Source: Escherichia phage DCP548. From it: a stretch of DNA of 64,000 bases. Shown piece by piece: positions 9,361-19,164 of the stretch (the first letter of the stretch is position 1; every line of letters starts with the position of its first letter). The DNA is taken from sequence record PQ671645.1, one strand, 5' to 3'. The notes below the pieces were generated by a model. It was given only the letters and a program-made list of their open reading frames with translations, was not told the DNA's origin and ran no database searches. The position numbers were made by a program, and so were the translations under genes.

Positions 9361-9975
9361 CTACTTAATGAAATTAATTTCTACAGGATGAACAACAGGT
9401 TGAGCAGTGATATATTGAGTAATTGCTTTCATGACTAGAGCTTCAGAACCAGGATTTTTCTCAACGAATTCACGTGCTTGGTTATGAGCTTCAAGTTCAC
9501 TTAGTAAACCACTTCGTTGACATCCACGGTCTTGAGTACCCTGTTCAGATAAAAAGGCGACGATGTATTTTTCATCGTCATACGGTTTAGGCAGTTGAGC
9601 AAATGTTCCTTTACTTCCGAAAGGAGAGTTATGTCGCCACATAACGCCGTGAGGAGTTTCAACCTTCGTATATTCATGCGGGCCATTTTTCTTAGTTTCT
9701 TGTTGTGGAACTTCATGGACCTTAGGGTTAGGACATTCAATAAAATGCTCATCTAAATCAGTCGAGAATATTAAAGTAAAACAATTACTGAATTTACCAA
9801 CACCAGCCTGATAAATTTTACCTTCAGAAGTTCTAATTTCACAAACTGAGCCAGCATCAGTAACTTCTAAAACTTCAAAAGGCTCGATAAGGTCATATGA
9901 GAACATGTTTTTAAGGCGTGGAGTAATATCCCCATTTTTAAAATTCATTTTATAAAAAGTATTAACTTTAAACAT
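9361..9975 (-). CDS. Hypothetical protein
   Basis: Track ORF 9361..10005 trimmed to Met MFKVNTF (start codon 9973-9975), which has a GAGGAAA Shine-Dalgarno; the extension would run through the hairpin at 9988-10003. Confidence 0.5.
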   Translation of the reverse strand: MFKVNTFYKMNFKNGDITPRLKNMFSYDLIEPFEVLEVTDAGSVCEIRTSEGKIYQAGVGKFSNCFTLIFSTDLDEHFIECPNPKVHEVPQQETKKNGPHEYTKVETPHGVMWRHNSPFGSKGTFAQLPKPYDDEKYIVAFLSEQGTQDRGCQRSGLLSELEAHNQAREFVEKNPGSEALVMKAITQYITAQPVVHPVEINFIK

Positions 9976-10010
9976 AATTTCCTCAGTGGGAGCCGAAGCT
10001 CCCAATTAAA

Positions 10011-10376
10011 TTAGATATCGAATTCGTTCAGAACTACATCAAAGATTGCTTCCAGGTGTTCAGGTTTAGCTCGGTTACTCAGGATATGACGAATCCAAGT
10101 TTTAACCAGAAGTTTACGATTAACACCGTTCCAGCAAGGATGAGTACCTAAATCACGTTGACGGAAATCGTCATCTAATGCAATTTTGAAGTTGGAACCT
10201 TCCATCGTGATTGAAACCGTGATGCCATTTTCAAATCGCATATAAACGTAATTAGGAGTCATATACTGCTCAATTTCACATACTGAACCGTTTTCGTGTT
10301 TCCACAGGCAAATAACTTCAGAAGAACCAGCGATACCGTTAGAAACATATTTACGTTCGAAGTTGATGTAGTTCAT
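10011..10376 (-). CDS. Hypothetical protein
   Basis: 121-aa ORF; GGAGAA Shine-Dalgarno; early promoter cassette at 10418-10446 immediately upstream. Confidence 0.5.
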   Translation of the reverse strand: MNYINFERKYVSNGIAGSSEVICLWKHENGSVCEIEQYMTPNYVYMRFENGITVSITMEGSNFKIALDDDFRQRDLGTHPCWNGVNRKLLVKTWIRHILSNRAKPEHLEAIFDVVLNEFDI

Positions 10377-10417
10377 TTTATTCTCCAGATGTTTAAGTTG
10401 TTTGTTGGTACAGGTCT

Positions 10418-10446
10418 ATAATAACATAACCTGTACCAAAGTAAAC
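10418..10446 (-). promoter_or_regulatory. T4-type early promoter upstream of ORF 10011..10376
   Basis: Minus-strand -35 GTTTAC (plus 10441-10446), 17-bp spacer, -10 TATTAT; flanked by an 8-bp inverted repeat ggtacagg/cctgtacc. Confidence 0.5.
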
Positions 10447-10450
10447 ATTT

Positions 10451-10822
10451 TTATTTGATTTTTGTCCACTTAGCTGAATCAATAACACCTTTTGCTTTAA
10501 TCTTCTCGATTAATGACTCTGCACGATTTCTAGCATTTTCGTACCATACAACATCTTCAGAGTAACCAGTCTCTTCATCTTCGTAAGTTTTAGAACGAAT
10601 ACAACCATAAACTGTAGAATTCAGACGGTAAATTTCACCAGTGAAAAAGTTTTCGATTTCGATATGATAACAAAAATCGTCTGAAGGGCCATCAGGAGTT
10701 GTACAATAAACCACATCACCTTGAACTGAACGAACCATCCATTGTAACTCGTTAACAACTTGAGATTTATATCCATCATGGTCACGGCATTTAATTGTAG
10801 CATTTAAATTGATAGTGTTCAT
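10451..10822 (-). CDS. Hypothetical protein
   Basis: 123-aa ORF with the same 5' architecture as 10011..10376 (duplicated promoter/SD region). Confidence 0.5.
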   Translation of the reverse strand: MNTINLNATIKCRDHDGYKSQVVNELQWMVRSVQGDVVYCTTPDGPSDDFCYHIEIENFFTGEIYRLNSTVYGCIRSKTYEDEETGYSEDVVWYENARNRAESLIEKIKAKGVIDSAKWTKIK

Positions 10823-10863
10823 TTTATTCTCCGGTTGTTTTATTGATTAGGTGGTACAAGTCT

Positions 10864-10892
10864 ATAGTAACACATCCTACAGGAGAGTAAAC
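10864..10892 (-). promoter_or_regulatory. T4-type early promoter upstream of ORF 10451..10822
   Basis: -35 GTTTAC (plus 10887-10892), 17-bp spacer, -10 TACTAT; surrounding about 70 bp resemble the 10377-10450 cassette. Confidence 0.45.
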
Positions 10893-10925
10893 ATCCTTTT
10901 TAAACTTTTTCTGCCCTAAACGCAC

Positions 10926-10947
10926 AAAAGGGAGACCGAAGTCTCCC
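10926..10947 (-). terminator. Intrinsic terminator after the small basic ORF
   Basis: gggagac-cgaa-gtctccc (10930-10947) followed on the minus strand by UUUUG. Confidence 0.5.
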
Positions 10948-10952
10948 TAAAA

Positions 10953-11132
10953 TTATGCAACAACCTTTCCAAAACGAGAAGCATCATCTCGAAGAACTGC
11001 ACGTGCTCTGCGCATGATCTTCTCAACGGTTTGATTAATACGAGAGTTCGACCCACGCTTGTATCCAGCGCGTTTAGAGGTACCATCAACTTTCTTTTCT
11101 ACTGCTTTCTTTGCTTTAGCTTGTTTTGCCAT
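10953..11132 (-). CDS. Small basic protein (59 aa), not in the ORF track
   Basis: ATG at 11130-11132, stop at 10953-10955; hand translation MAKQAKAKKAVEKKVDGTSKRAGYKRGSNSRINQTVEKIMRRARAVLRDDASRFGKVVA; followed by terminator hairpin 10930-10947. Confidence 0.4.
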   Translation of the reverse strand: MAKQAKAKKAVEKKVDGTSKRAGYKRGSNSRINQTVEKIMRRARAVLRDDASRFGKVVA

Positions 11133-11399
11133 TATAAATTCTCTTTAAATGAAAATGCAGGACTTATTGACATTGCCTGCTCAAGCCCTCAAGGGGAACA
11201 TAGGTTTTGGATATTTAACGTCAGGATAACCATAAACCCGTCATCATACCGACCACGACTTAGACAGATAACCTTTTTCTGACGCGTGATAGTACAAAAT
11301 ACATTCAAGAGGTACACCGTAAAATTGTCGGGGCGGTACTTCAAAACATACCGATTCGCAAATCGATAATCAGACAATTCGACGGCTCCTCGATTTAAC

Positions 11400-11648
11400 T
11401 TACTTCAGGGTAATAACAAAATGACGAACTGCTTTACGTGCTGCAGAAGCCAGAGGCTTAGCATATTTCAATTCATCTTTCTGGACCAGGATATCGCGAA
11501 GATCGGCTTGTGCTGGATTCAGATGTTTGAAATACTGTAAGATTTCAAGAGCTTCAGCTTCAACATCAATAGATGCGCCGTAATTGTCATGGCCATTATT
11601 CCATGCATGGCGTTGCAGTTCAAGAGCGTGTTGTAATTGTTTAGTCAT
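11400..11648 (-). CDS. rIII: rIII lysis-inhibition accessory protein
   Basis: 82 aa, same length and position (just upstream of gene 31 on the map) as T4 rIII. Confidence 0.8.
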   Translation of the reverse strand: MTKQLQHALELQRHAWNNGHDNYGASIDVEAEALEILQYFKHLNPAQADLRDILVQKDELKYAKPLASAARKAVRHFVITLK

Positions 11649-11772
11649 TTTAAATTCTCAATTCGAGATAATATTTAGTAGCCACGTTCTTCTGAATTTC
11701 ACCTTCTTTCGACAAGTCTCTCAGTTGTAGGCTACCGCTTAGAAGAGTGTTCTCTTCATATAGTTATTTATA

Positions 11773-12105
11773 TCACTTATAAAGACATGGAATAGCTTTA
11801 TAGTGGCATGTTACGAATTTCTGTTTAATTTCTTTAGGTTGTTTAAGTCCTAAAGCCACAAATGGATGTGGAACATTTCGAATTTGTCCAACTGGTAGTG
11901 GAGTCAAATCACCGACTTCAACAAAACCTTCAGGAACATCAGGACCTACAGAATGAACTACACATAGTTCAGGAACTTCACCTTGAACACGTTTACCAAT
12001 CACAAGTCCTGATTCGGTAACTTCTTCATCACCTGCTTGAGCGGGTTCAGAAACCAGAATGACATATTCACCAACAGCACGAATTGGGAGTTGTACTTCA
12101 GACAT
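11773..12105 (-). CDS. 31: gp31 co-chaperonin (GroES analogue for capsid protein folding)
   Basis: 110 aa; near-identical to T4 gp31 along its length ([28 protein letters not shown]...[11 protein letters not shown]). Confidence 0.95.
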   Translation of the reverse strand: MSEVQLPIRAVGEYVILVSEPAQAGDEEVTESGLVIGKRVQGEVPELCVVHSVGPDVPEGFVEVGDLTPLPVGQIRNVPHPFVALGLKQPKEIKQKFVTCHYKAIPCLYK

Positions 12106-12162
12106 CTTATTTCCTTGTTGTTTGACGATAGATTAATAATACCATACTATTCGTAAAGCATA

Positions 12163-12471
12163 TTACATAAGAAGCAAACGTTCTACCGGAGTGCCATCAA
12201 CCGAAATTACTTTATCAAGGCGGAAAGAACGCCACTGACCTAACTTGGTGTCGAATGCTCGAACTGATTCACGAGGTTCATAACGAACTTCTGTTGCTGG
12301 ATTGTTATTTTCATATTTGACTTCAAGTTCATCTCGCGAAGCAAACATAGTGCGTACCTCGCCGTTAGCCTTTTCAAATACAACACAATGAACGCCTACA
12401 GACAGAATAGTTTTAATACGTTCACGAAGAACCATAGTTTCTTGTTCAGTTAAAATCATATTATTCACCAC
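12163..12471 (-). CDS. Hypothetical protein (31.x position)
   Basis: 102-aa ORF between cd and 31; start overlaps the cd stop. Confidence 0.5.
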   Translation of the reverse strand: MVNNMILTEQETMVLRERIKTILSVGVHCVVFEKANGEVRTMFASRDELEVKYENNNPATEVRYEPRESVRAFDTKLGQWRSFRLDKVISVDGTPVERLLLM

Positions 12472-13042
12472 AAAAGTTTCGGATTTGTTCCCAATTCAGA
12501 GAACGAAGATTATTACGAGAGTACTGAATTACTTCAATACCTGCTTGTTTTAGAATGTCTGCCCAATTTTCAGGAGATCGATCGTATAATTCTGCGTATA
12601 CAACCTTTTTAATACCTGACTGCGTAATAGCTTTAGTGCAATCAGGACATGGAGAAAGCGTCGTATATAACGTAGCACCTTCAATAGAATTACCTTTACG
12701 TGCTGCAAACAAAATTGCATTCAATTCTGCATGGATTTCATTATTAGCAGACCATGCACTATGAGCGGCCCGATGTTCTTTAGCTAAAACAAAATTATCT
12801 GCCCGTCCAAATGCTGTAGTGCCTTCTTTATGTCCAGCAACGATGACCGGGCTTGGTTTATTCTTCAACCAACCATTTTCGGATGCATGTTCACAACAGT
12901 TAACGCCACCTGCTGGTGAGCCATTATATCCAGTAGAGATAATGCGTCCATCTTTTTCAATGACGGCGCCAACTTTCCATGAACAACATTTTGATTCTTG
13001 AGAAATCAAATAAGCAATTTGAAGATATGTGCTAGCTTTCAT
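12461..13042 (-). CDS. cd: dCMP deaminase
   Basis: 193 aa (T4 Cd is 193 aa); zinc-binding deaminase motifs HAELNAI and PCPDC; T4 map position. Confidence 0.9.
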   Translation of the reverse strand: MKASTYLQIAYLISQESKCCSWKVGAVIEKDGRIISTGYNGSPAGGVNCCEHASENGWLKNKPSPVIVAGHKEGTTAFGRADNFVLAKEHRAAHSAWSANNEIHAELNAILFAARKGNSIEGATLYTTLSPCPDCTKAITQSGIKKVVYAELYDRSPENWADILKQAGIEVIQYSRNNLRSLNWEQIRNFCGE

Positions 13043-14034
13043 TATTGAACCTTATTAATATAAGTTAACAGCTCTTTAGTTTGTTCCCAACTGATGCACG
13101 CATCGGTAACGGAAACGCCATAGGACATATTATCAGAAATTTTTTGATTTCCTTCATGTAGGAATGATTCTATCATAATTCCTTTGACCAAATCATTAGC
13201 TGCTAAATTTTTACCAATACCAATTTGATTGATATAATACCCATCAGCGTTTGCATGGCTACAGTCAACCATTACATAATGATTCAGACCTACTGCACTT
13301 GCTTTGTTAGAAGCTTCTTGAATATCAGAAGAATGATAGTTCGGGCCGTTAGTCCCGCCACGCAATACGATATGCGTATTCTGATTACCTTCAGCTTCAA
13401 CAATGCCTACAGTACCATCGACGTCCATACCCATATACCGATGAGGCCAGGCGGCACTATACATCGCGTCTGTAGCTACTTTAATAGAACCATTTGTTGC
13501 GTTCTTGAAGCCTACGCACATCGGTAGACCTGAAGCAATTTCACGATGTGTCTGACTTTCAGTCGTACGGGCGCCAATAGCAACCCATGAGAAAATACCA
13601 GAAAGATACTTAATCGTGAATGGGTCTAATACTTCAGTTGCTAATGGAAGTCCCATACGTAGAAGTTTACGACACAATGTTCGTGCAACTATAAGACCGT
13701 GGTTCATATCAAAACTTCCGTCAAGATATGGATCATTTACAAGACCTTTCCAACCTACGGTAGTTCGAGGCTTTTCAAAATAAACGCGCATCACTAACAG
13801 AACATTAGGAAGACGAGTTTGAAGTTCAGCCAGACGTTTGCCGTATTCAACAGCAGCAATAGGGTCATGAATTGAACAAGGACCTACAACAATAAGTTTG
13901 CGTGGGTCTTCACCATTCATAATCGAATTAACTTGTTCGCGATGAGAAGCCACTTGTGATGCGTAAGCTTCCGACAAAGGAATAATCTCAGCCAGTTCTT
14001 TTGGAGAAATAAGTTTTCTGACGACAGGTAACAT
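13042..14034 (-). CDS. 3-deoxy-D-arabino-heptulosonate-7-phosphate (DAHP) synthase, class I-alpha (AroG/AroF/AroH-like)
   Basis: 330 aa; collinear match to E. coli AroG including VVGPCSIHDP, VMRVYFEKPRTTVGWKGL, IGARTTESQTHRE, GFKN, IVLRGG, CSHAN, ESFLHEGNQ and TDACI blocks; stop shares one nt with the cd ATG (TAATG). Confidence 0.9.
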   Translation of the reverse strand: MLPVVRKLISPKELAEIIPLSEAYASQVASHREQVNSIMNGEDPRKLIVVGPCSIHDPIAAVEYGKRLAELQTRLPNVLLVMRVYFEKPRTTVGWKGLVNDPYLDGSFDMNHGLIVARTLCRKLLRMGLPLATEVLDPFTIKYLSGIFSWVAIGARTTESQTHREIASGLPMCVGFKNATNGSIKVATDAMYSAAWPHRYMGMDVDGTVGIVEAEGNQNTHIVLRGGTNGPNYHSSDIQEASNKASAVGLNHYVMVDCSHANADGYYINQIGIGKNLAANDLVKGIMIESFLHEGNQKISDNMSYGVSVTDACISWEQTKELLTYINKVQ

Positions 14035-14154
14035 AACAATCCTTAGGAGATATAAACAGATTCTGATTCAACAATACCTTTAACCGGATTAGACAGGCTA
14101 AGTTGGTAGTGCTCAGATTTATGACCATTCACGATAGTAATGAGATAGCTCTCA

Positions 14155-14391
14155 TTATAGTGTTCCATATACTCGAGTTGCTTCAACAAGACCATCACTG
14201 CCTAATTTAAGATTAGTAATTTGGTCACCATCTTTAGGATTAACGATTATGAGAAAAGAACGTGGAGATTCTTGAATAACTCGTAATGTTGCATCTTGGA
14301 AACGTTCAGACACTTTATTGATGAGTGCTTGAGCAAATTCTTTTACTTTAATCTGAAATTCGTGTACTGTAATTGGGTTTTCACTTAGCAT
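14155..14391 (-). CDS. Hypothetical small protein
   Basis: 78-aa ORF with early promoter at 14420-14449 upstream. Confidence 0.45.
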   Translation of the reverse strand: MLSENPITVHEFQIKVKEFAQALINKVSERFQDATLRVIQESPRSFLIIVNPKDGDQITNLKLGSDGLVEATRVYGTL

Positions 14392-14419
14392 TTCTATTTC
14401 CTCATTTGTTGGTAGAGTT

Positions 14420-14449
14420 ATAGTAACACAACTCCACCATGTTGTAAAC
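14420..14449 (-). promoter_or_regulatory. T4-type early promoter upstream of ORF 14155..14391
   Basis: -35 GTTTAC (plus 14444-14449), 18-bp spacer, -10 TACTAT. Confidence 0.45.
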
Positions 14450-14451
14450 CA

Positions 14452-14727
14452 TTAAATTGCTTTGCATTCAATTTTTTGTGTACCGAAATTGATATCACAT
14501 TGGATAACTAAATCACCGTCAAGATCAAATACCACTATGACGTGTGCAGACCCAGGGAGAAGAGTAATAGCAATAGAATCTACTTGGTCTGGGAGCAAAG
14601 CATTGAGTACATGAGTTAGTTGAGCATGAACTCTGAGTTCGGCTGCATTATCAAGCACTTCAAACATATTATTGGCAATAATCTGACTGAAGACTACCTT
14701 TACAATTTCAGAATAAGTTGGGAACAT
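14452..14727 (-). CDS. Hypothetical small protein
   Basis: 91-aa ORF in the cd-pseT interval. Confidence 0.45.
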   Translation of the reverse strand: MFPTYSEIVKVVFSQIIANNMFEVLDNAAELRVHAQLTHVLNALLPDQVDSIAITLLPGSAHVIVVFDLDGDLVIQCDINFGTQKIECKAI

Positions 14728-14734
14728 AATTACC

Positions 14735-14959
14735 TCAGTGTACAGTATTTACTTTAACTCGAACAACAAATCGCTCGGTCGGTTCACCTACAGGAACAAA
14801 CTCTACATGATATTCGCCTTTGTAACGAGTATTCAGATCATTACGAATTCCTGTGAGTTTGTTTATTAATGTAGGACTCATATTAAGTCCCACTAGTTTA
14901 CGAAGCATTTTGTATGCTTCATCTTCGATTTCATGATGTTTATCGTACATAGTTTTCAT
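14735..14959 (-). CDS. Hypothetical small protein
   Basis: 74-aa ORF in the cd-pseT interval. Confidence 0.45.
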   Translation of the reverse strand: MKTMYDKHHEIEDEAYKMLRKLVGLNMSPTLINKLTGIRNDLNTRYKGEYHVEFVPVGEPTERFVVRVKVNTVH

Positions 14960-15130
14960 TTAACCATTCAATTGCCTGGTCGACGTTATCAAATATACCG
15001 CCGTCCAAACGTTCTTCATGCTCATAGTCCAGCACATCAATACCGAACCGTCCATTTACTAAAGGCCAGGCTACAAACAAATATTCTTTATGCTGTTCGA
15101 TGGCCTCAACCACTTCATATAATCGTTTCA

Positions 15131-15131
<1 letters not shown>
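14940..15131 (-). CDS. Hypothetical small protein
   Basis: 63-aa ORF whose start overlaps the pseT stop. Confidence 0.4.
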
Positions 15132-16217
<1,086 letters not shown>

Positions 16218-16218
<1 letters not shown>

Positions 16219-16517
16219 TATTTTATTCCTAAGAAAATTTCAAGAATACGAATGTTATGCTCGCGCCGGTCTTTATTAATTTCAACAACGTTTTTATTAA
16301 TTGACGTACTTCTAACGTTTGAAGAAATAAATTTAATCATATGACTTTTGAGTTGTTGCAAATCCAACCCTTTTTCTTTAGCAGCTTTACGAAGAGCTTT
16401 ACCTGCTTCATCTAGTGCCTTTGCTGCATCTTTGTCATAATTGCCGAGTGACATTCCACGACAGATATCAATATACTCATCAGACCGTTTGATGTAATTC
16501 TCTAGTAATGTTTTCAT
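16218..16517 (-). CDS. Hypothetical protein
   Basis: 99-aa ORF with early promoter cassette 16546-16575 upstream. Confidence 0.45.
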
Positions 16518-16545
16518 TTAGATTTCCTCAATTATCCATAGGAGC

Positions 16546-16575
16546 ATTATACTCTGCTCCTGAGAGTTTGTAAAC
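16546..16575 (-). promoter_or_regulatory. T4-type early promoter in a stem-loop cassette upstream of ORF 16218..16517
   Basis: -35 GTTTAC (plus 16570-16575), 18-bp spacer, -10 TATAAT; inverted repeat ggagca/tgctcc around the -10; near-identical copy at 44697-44732. Confidence 0.5.
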
Positions 16576-16799
16576 TATTTTACTAAAGATTCAATATACT
16601 CGTGAAGAGCTTTAGTCGCTACTGCCCACTTATTCTGATATTCATTTTTCAGATTAGCACGAGACTGAACTAACAATCGGTCATTAGTCGGAGGCAAAGA
16701 TTCTAATCGTTGAATCTGGCGCCCATAAATCATAGCCGCCATTTCAGATTCATAGATAAGCCCTTTAATGTATTCATGTTGTTCTTTAGTCATTGGCAT
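16575..16799 (-). CDS. Hypothetical small protein
   Basis: 74-aa ORF downstream of the spanin pair. Confidence 0.4.
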   Translation of the reverse strand: MPMTKEQHEYIKGLIYESEMAAMIYGRQIQRLESLPPTNDRLLVQSRANLKNEYQNKWAVATKALHEYIESLVK

Positions 16800-17080
16800 T
16801 TTTCCTCTTTTAAACCACTACGATAATAACATATCATAGTCTTCTGGTCATGTACATATCTTTTTACATCGTTTAACCAGATACGAAATTCTTGAGAGTC
16901 TTCAAATGGCATTCCAACCCACGGATTACCATCAATAACCTTTACTTGCCATTTCTGGTTATATTCAACAATAGATTCAGGCCACGGCGGATGTAAAGTT
17001 TCTTTAGGGCTTAAGGGCACATCCTGGGCACATCCGGCCAAAATGCCAATAGATAATACAACTGCGGTTAATTTAATCAT
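16790..17080 (-). CDS. o-spanin (outer-membrane lipoprotein subunit, Rz1-like)
   Basis: N-terminus MIKLTAVVLSIGILAGC has a signal peptide and lipobox (LAGC); start overlaps the upstream i-spanin stop; matches the T4 pseT.2 position. Confidence 0.65.
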   Translation of the reverse strand: MIKLTAVVLSIGILAGCAQDVPLSPKETLHPPWPESIVEYNQKWQVKVIDGNPWVGMPFEDSQEFRIWLNDVKRYVHDQKTMICYYRSGLKEEKCQ

Positions 17081-17433
17081 TCTGAGAGCTTCCTGAGGTC
17101 TTCTGCAAAGGAATCGAAGGACCTGTTGATTTGTTTTTCGACCAATCCTGGTTTACTTGCCACCACGTTCTTCTTCTTCGAATCCTTACGGAGCTTTTCA
17201 TTTTCGGCCTTAAGTTGGTCAACTAAAACACGGTTCTTATAAGTCATTTCTTCGATTGACTGATATTGAACCTTGAAGTCGTCTAATACTTTAGCATTGT
17301 TTTTAGCGGTCTCTTTGACAGAAGCTAATTCAGTATTCAACGAATCAACTTTGTTGTTTAAGACAACTATTGTTACCGTAGAAACTAGAGCAAAAGCTGC
17401 TACTATAGCATAAATCGGATTTACTTTAAGCAT
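17077..17433 (-). CDS. i-spanin (inner-membrane subunit, Rz-like)
   Basis: 118 aa; N-terminal transmembrane segment (IYAIVAAFALVSTVTIVVL) followed by a charged coiled-coil region; matches the T4 pseT.3 position. Confidence 0.65.
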   Translation of the reverse strand: MLKVNPIYAIVAAFALVSTVTIVVLNNKVDSLNTELASVKETAKNNAKVLDDFKVQYQSIEEMTYKNRVLVDQLKAENEKLRKDSKKKNVVASKPGLVEKQINRSFDSFAEDLRKLSE

Positions 17434-17921
17434 GTTTTAATAATCTCAATGATTTCATCTCGGGATAATCCATTGATAAGAACGGTTTTCGGACCATCGC
17501 ACTGGATTTTGTACGATTCAAACAATACACACAACTCTTCTGCTGTATGATACGGACTTGAGATTCCGAGACGGTTGAATTTGTCGGTAAGAGGGTCGCA
17601 AATAATGTAGAATTTTATACCTGCAATATGTACGTTTGGTTGACTAATATTAATGAACACATTAGCGTCATATTTAGTCAAATTGTTTTGAAGAAATTCT
17701 ACCATAGCATTAACTGCTTCTGGCATCGCTTCGCGTTTCTCTTCGGTGTAACGTGTTGAATATTCCTTTTGCTTTAACTTCTTTTTAGCATTTTTCGCTA
17801 GAGTAACACGTAGGTCAGTAAGATAACCAACTGGGCGTCCTTTCTTAAAGACTCGGATTCCATCTGTAGAATCACCAAATGCTGCCACAACCATATCGTT
17901 AGTAATCAATTGCATATTCAT
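17421..17921 (-). CDS. alc: Alc (host transcription elongation inhibitor), positional call
   Basis: Track ORF 17421..17984 trimmed to MNMQLI (start codon 17919-17921, GAGGAG SD), giving 167 aa, the size of T4 Alc; the extension would cover the promoter at 17952-17981; lies directly downstream of rnlA. Confidence 0.55.
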   Translation of the reverse strand: MNMQLITNDMVVAAFGDSTDGIRVFKKGRPVGYLTDLRVTLAKNAKKKLKQKEYSTRYTEEKREAMPEAVNAMVEFLQNNLTKYDANVFINISQPNVHIAGIKFYIICDPLTDKFNRLGISSPYHTAEELCVLFESYKIQCDGPKTVLINGLSRDEIIEIIKTCLK

Positions 17922-17951
17922 AATTTTCTCCTCGTGTTGTTGATAAAAACC

Positions 17952-17981
17952 ATAGTAACACCTTCCTTGGTGTTTGTAAAC
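17952..17981 (-). promoter_or_regulatory. T4-type early promoter upstream of alc
   Basis: -35 GTTTAC (plus 17976-17981), 18-bp spacer, -10 TACTAT, in the rnlA-alc gap. Confidence 0.45.
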
Positions 17982-17983
17982 CA

Positions 17984-19117
<1,134 letters not shown>

Positions 19118-19134
19118 TCAGTTAGTTTTTTTAA

Positions 19135-19164
19135 ATTGTACCACAATCCTTGTGGCATGTAAAC
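19135..19164 (-). promoter_or_regulatory. T4-type early promoter upstream of rnlA
   Basis: -35 GTTTAC (plus 19159-19164), 18-bp spacer, -10 TACAAT. Confidence 0.45.

Noticed and set aside
9331-9361. Early-promoter-like cassette upstream of ORF 9109..9306
   Set aside because: It has the shared attatactc...ccttggatgtaaac sequence, but the spacer between the -10 and -35 candidates is 19 bp, outside the usual 17-18 bp; noted as a cassette copy, not called as a confident promoter.
11189-11377. 62-aa minus-strand ORF (and plus-strand ORF 11031-11282) in the rIII-downstream gap
   Set aside because: The minus ORF begins with TTG rather than ATG and has no Shine-Dalgarno; the plus ORF is antisense to the small basic gene. 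The region is treated as non-coding (see finding).
11140-11400. Possible tRNA or other structured RNA gene in the non-coding gap
   Set aside because: No GTTC(G/A)A T-loop motif or cloverleaf could be recognised by eye on either strand; left as an open question.
13042-14034. DAHP synthase as host DNA contamination or an assembly chimera
   Set aside because: The gene is flanked on both sides by T4-type genes on the same strand and its stop codon overlaps the cd start codon, which argues for genuine integration in the phage genome.
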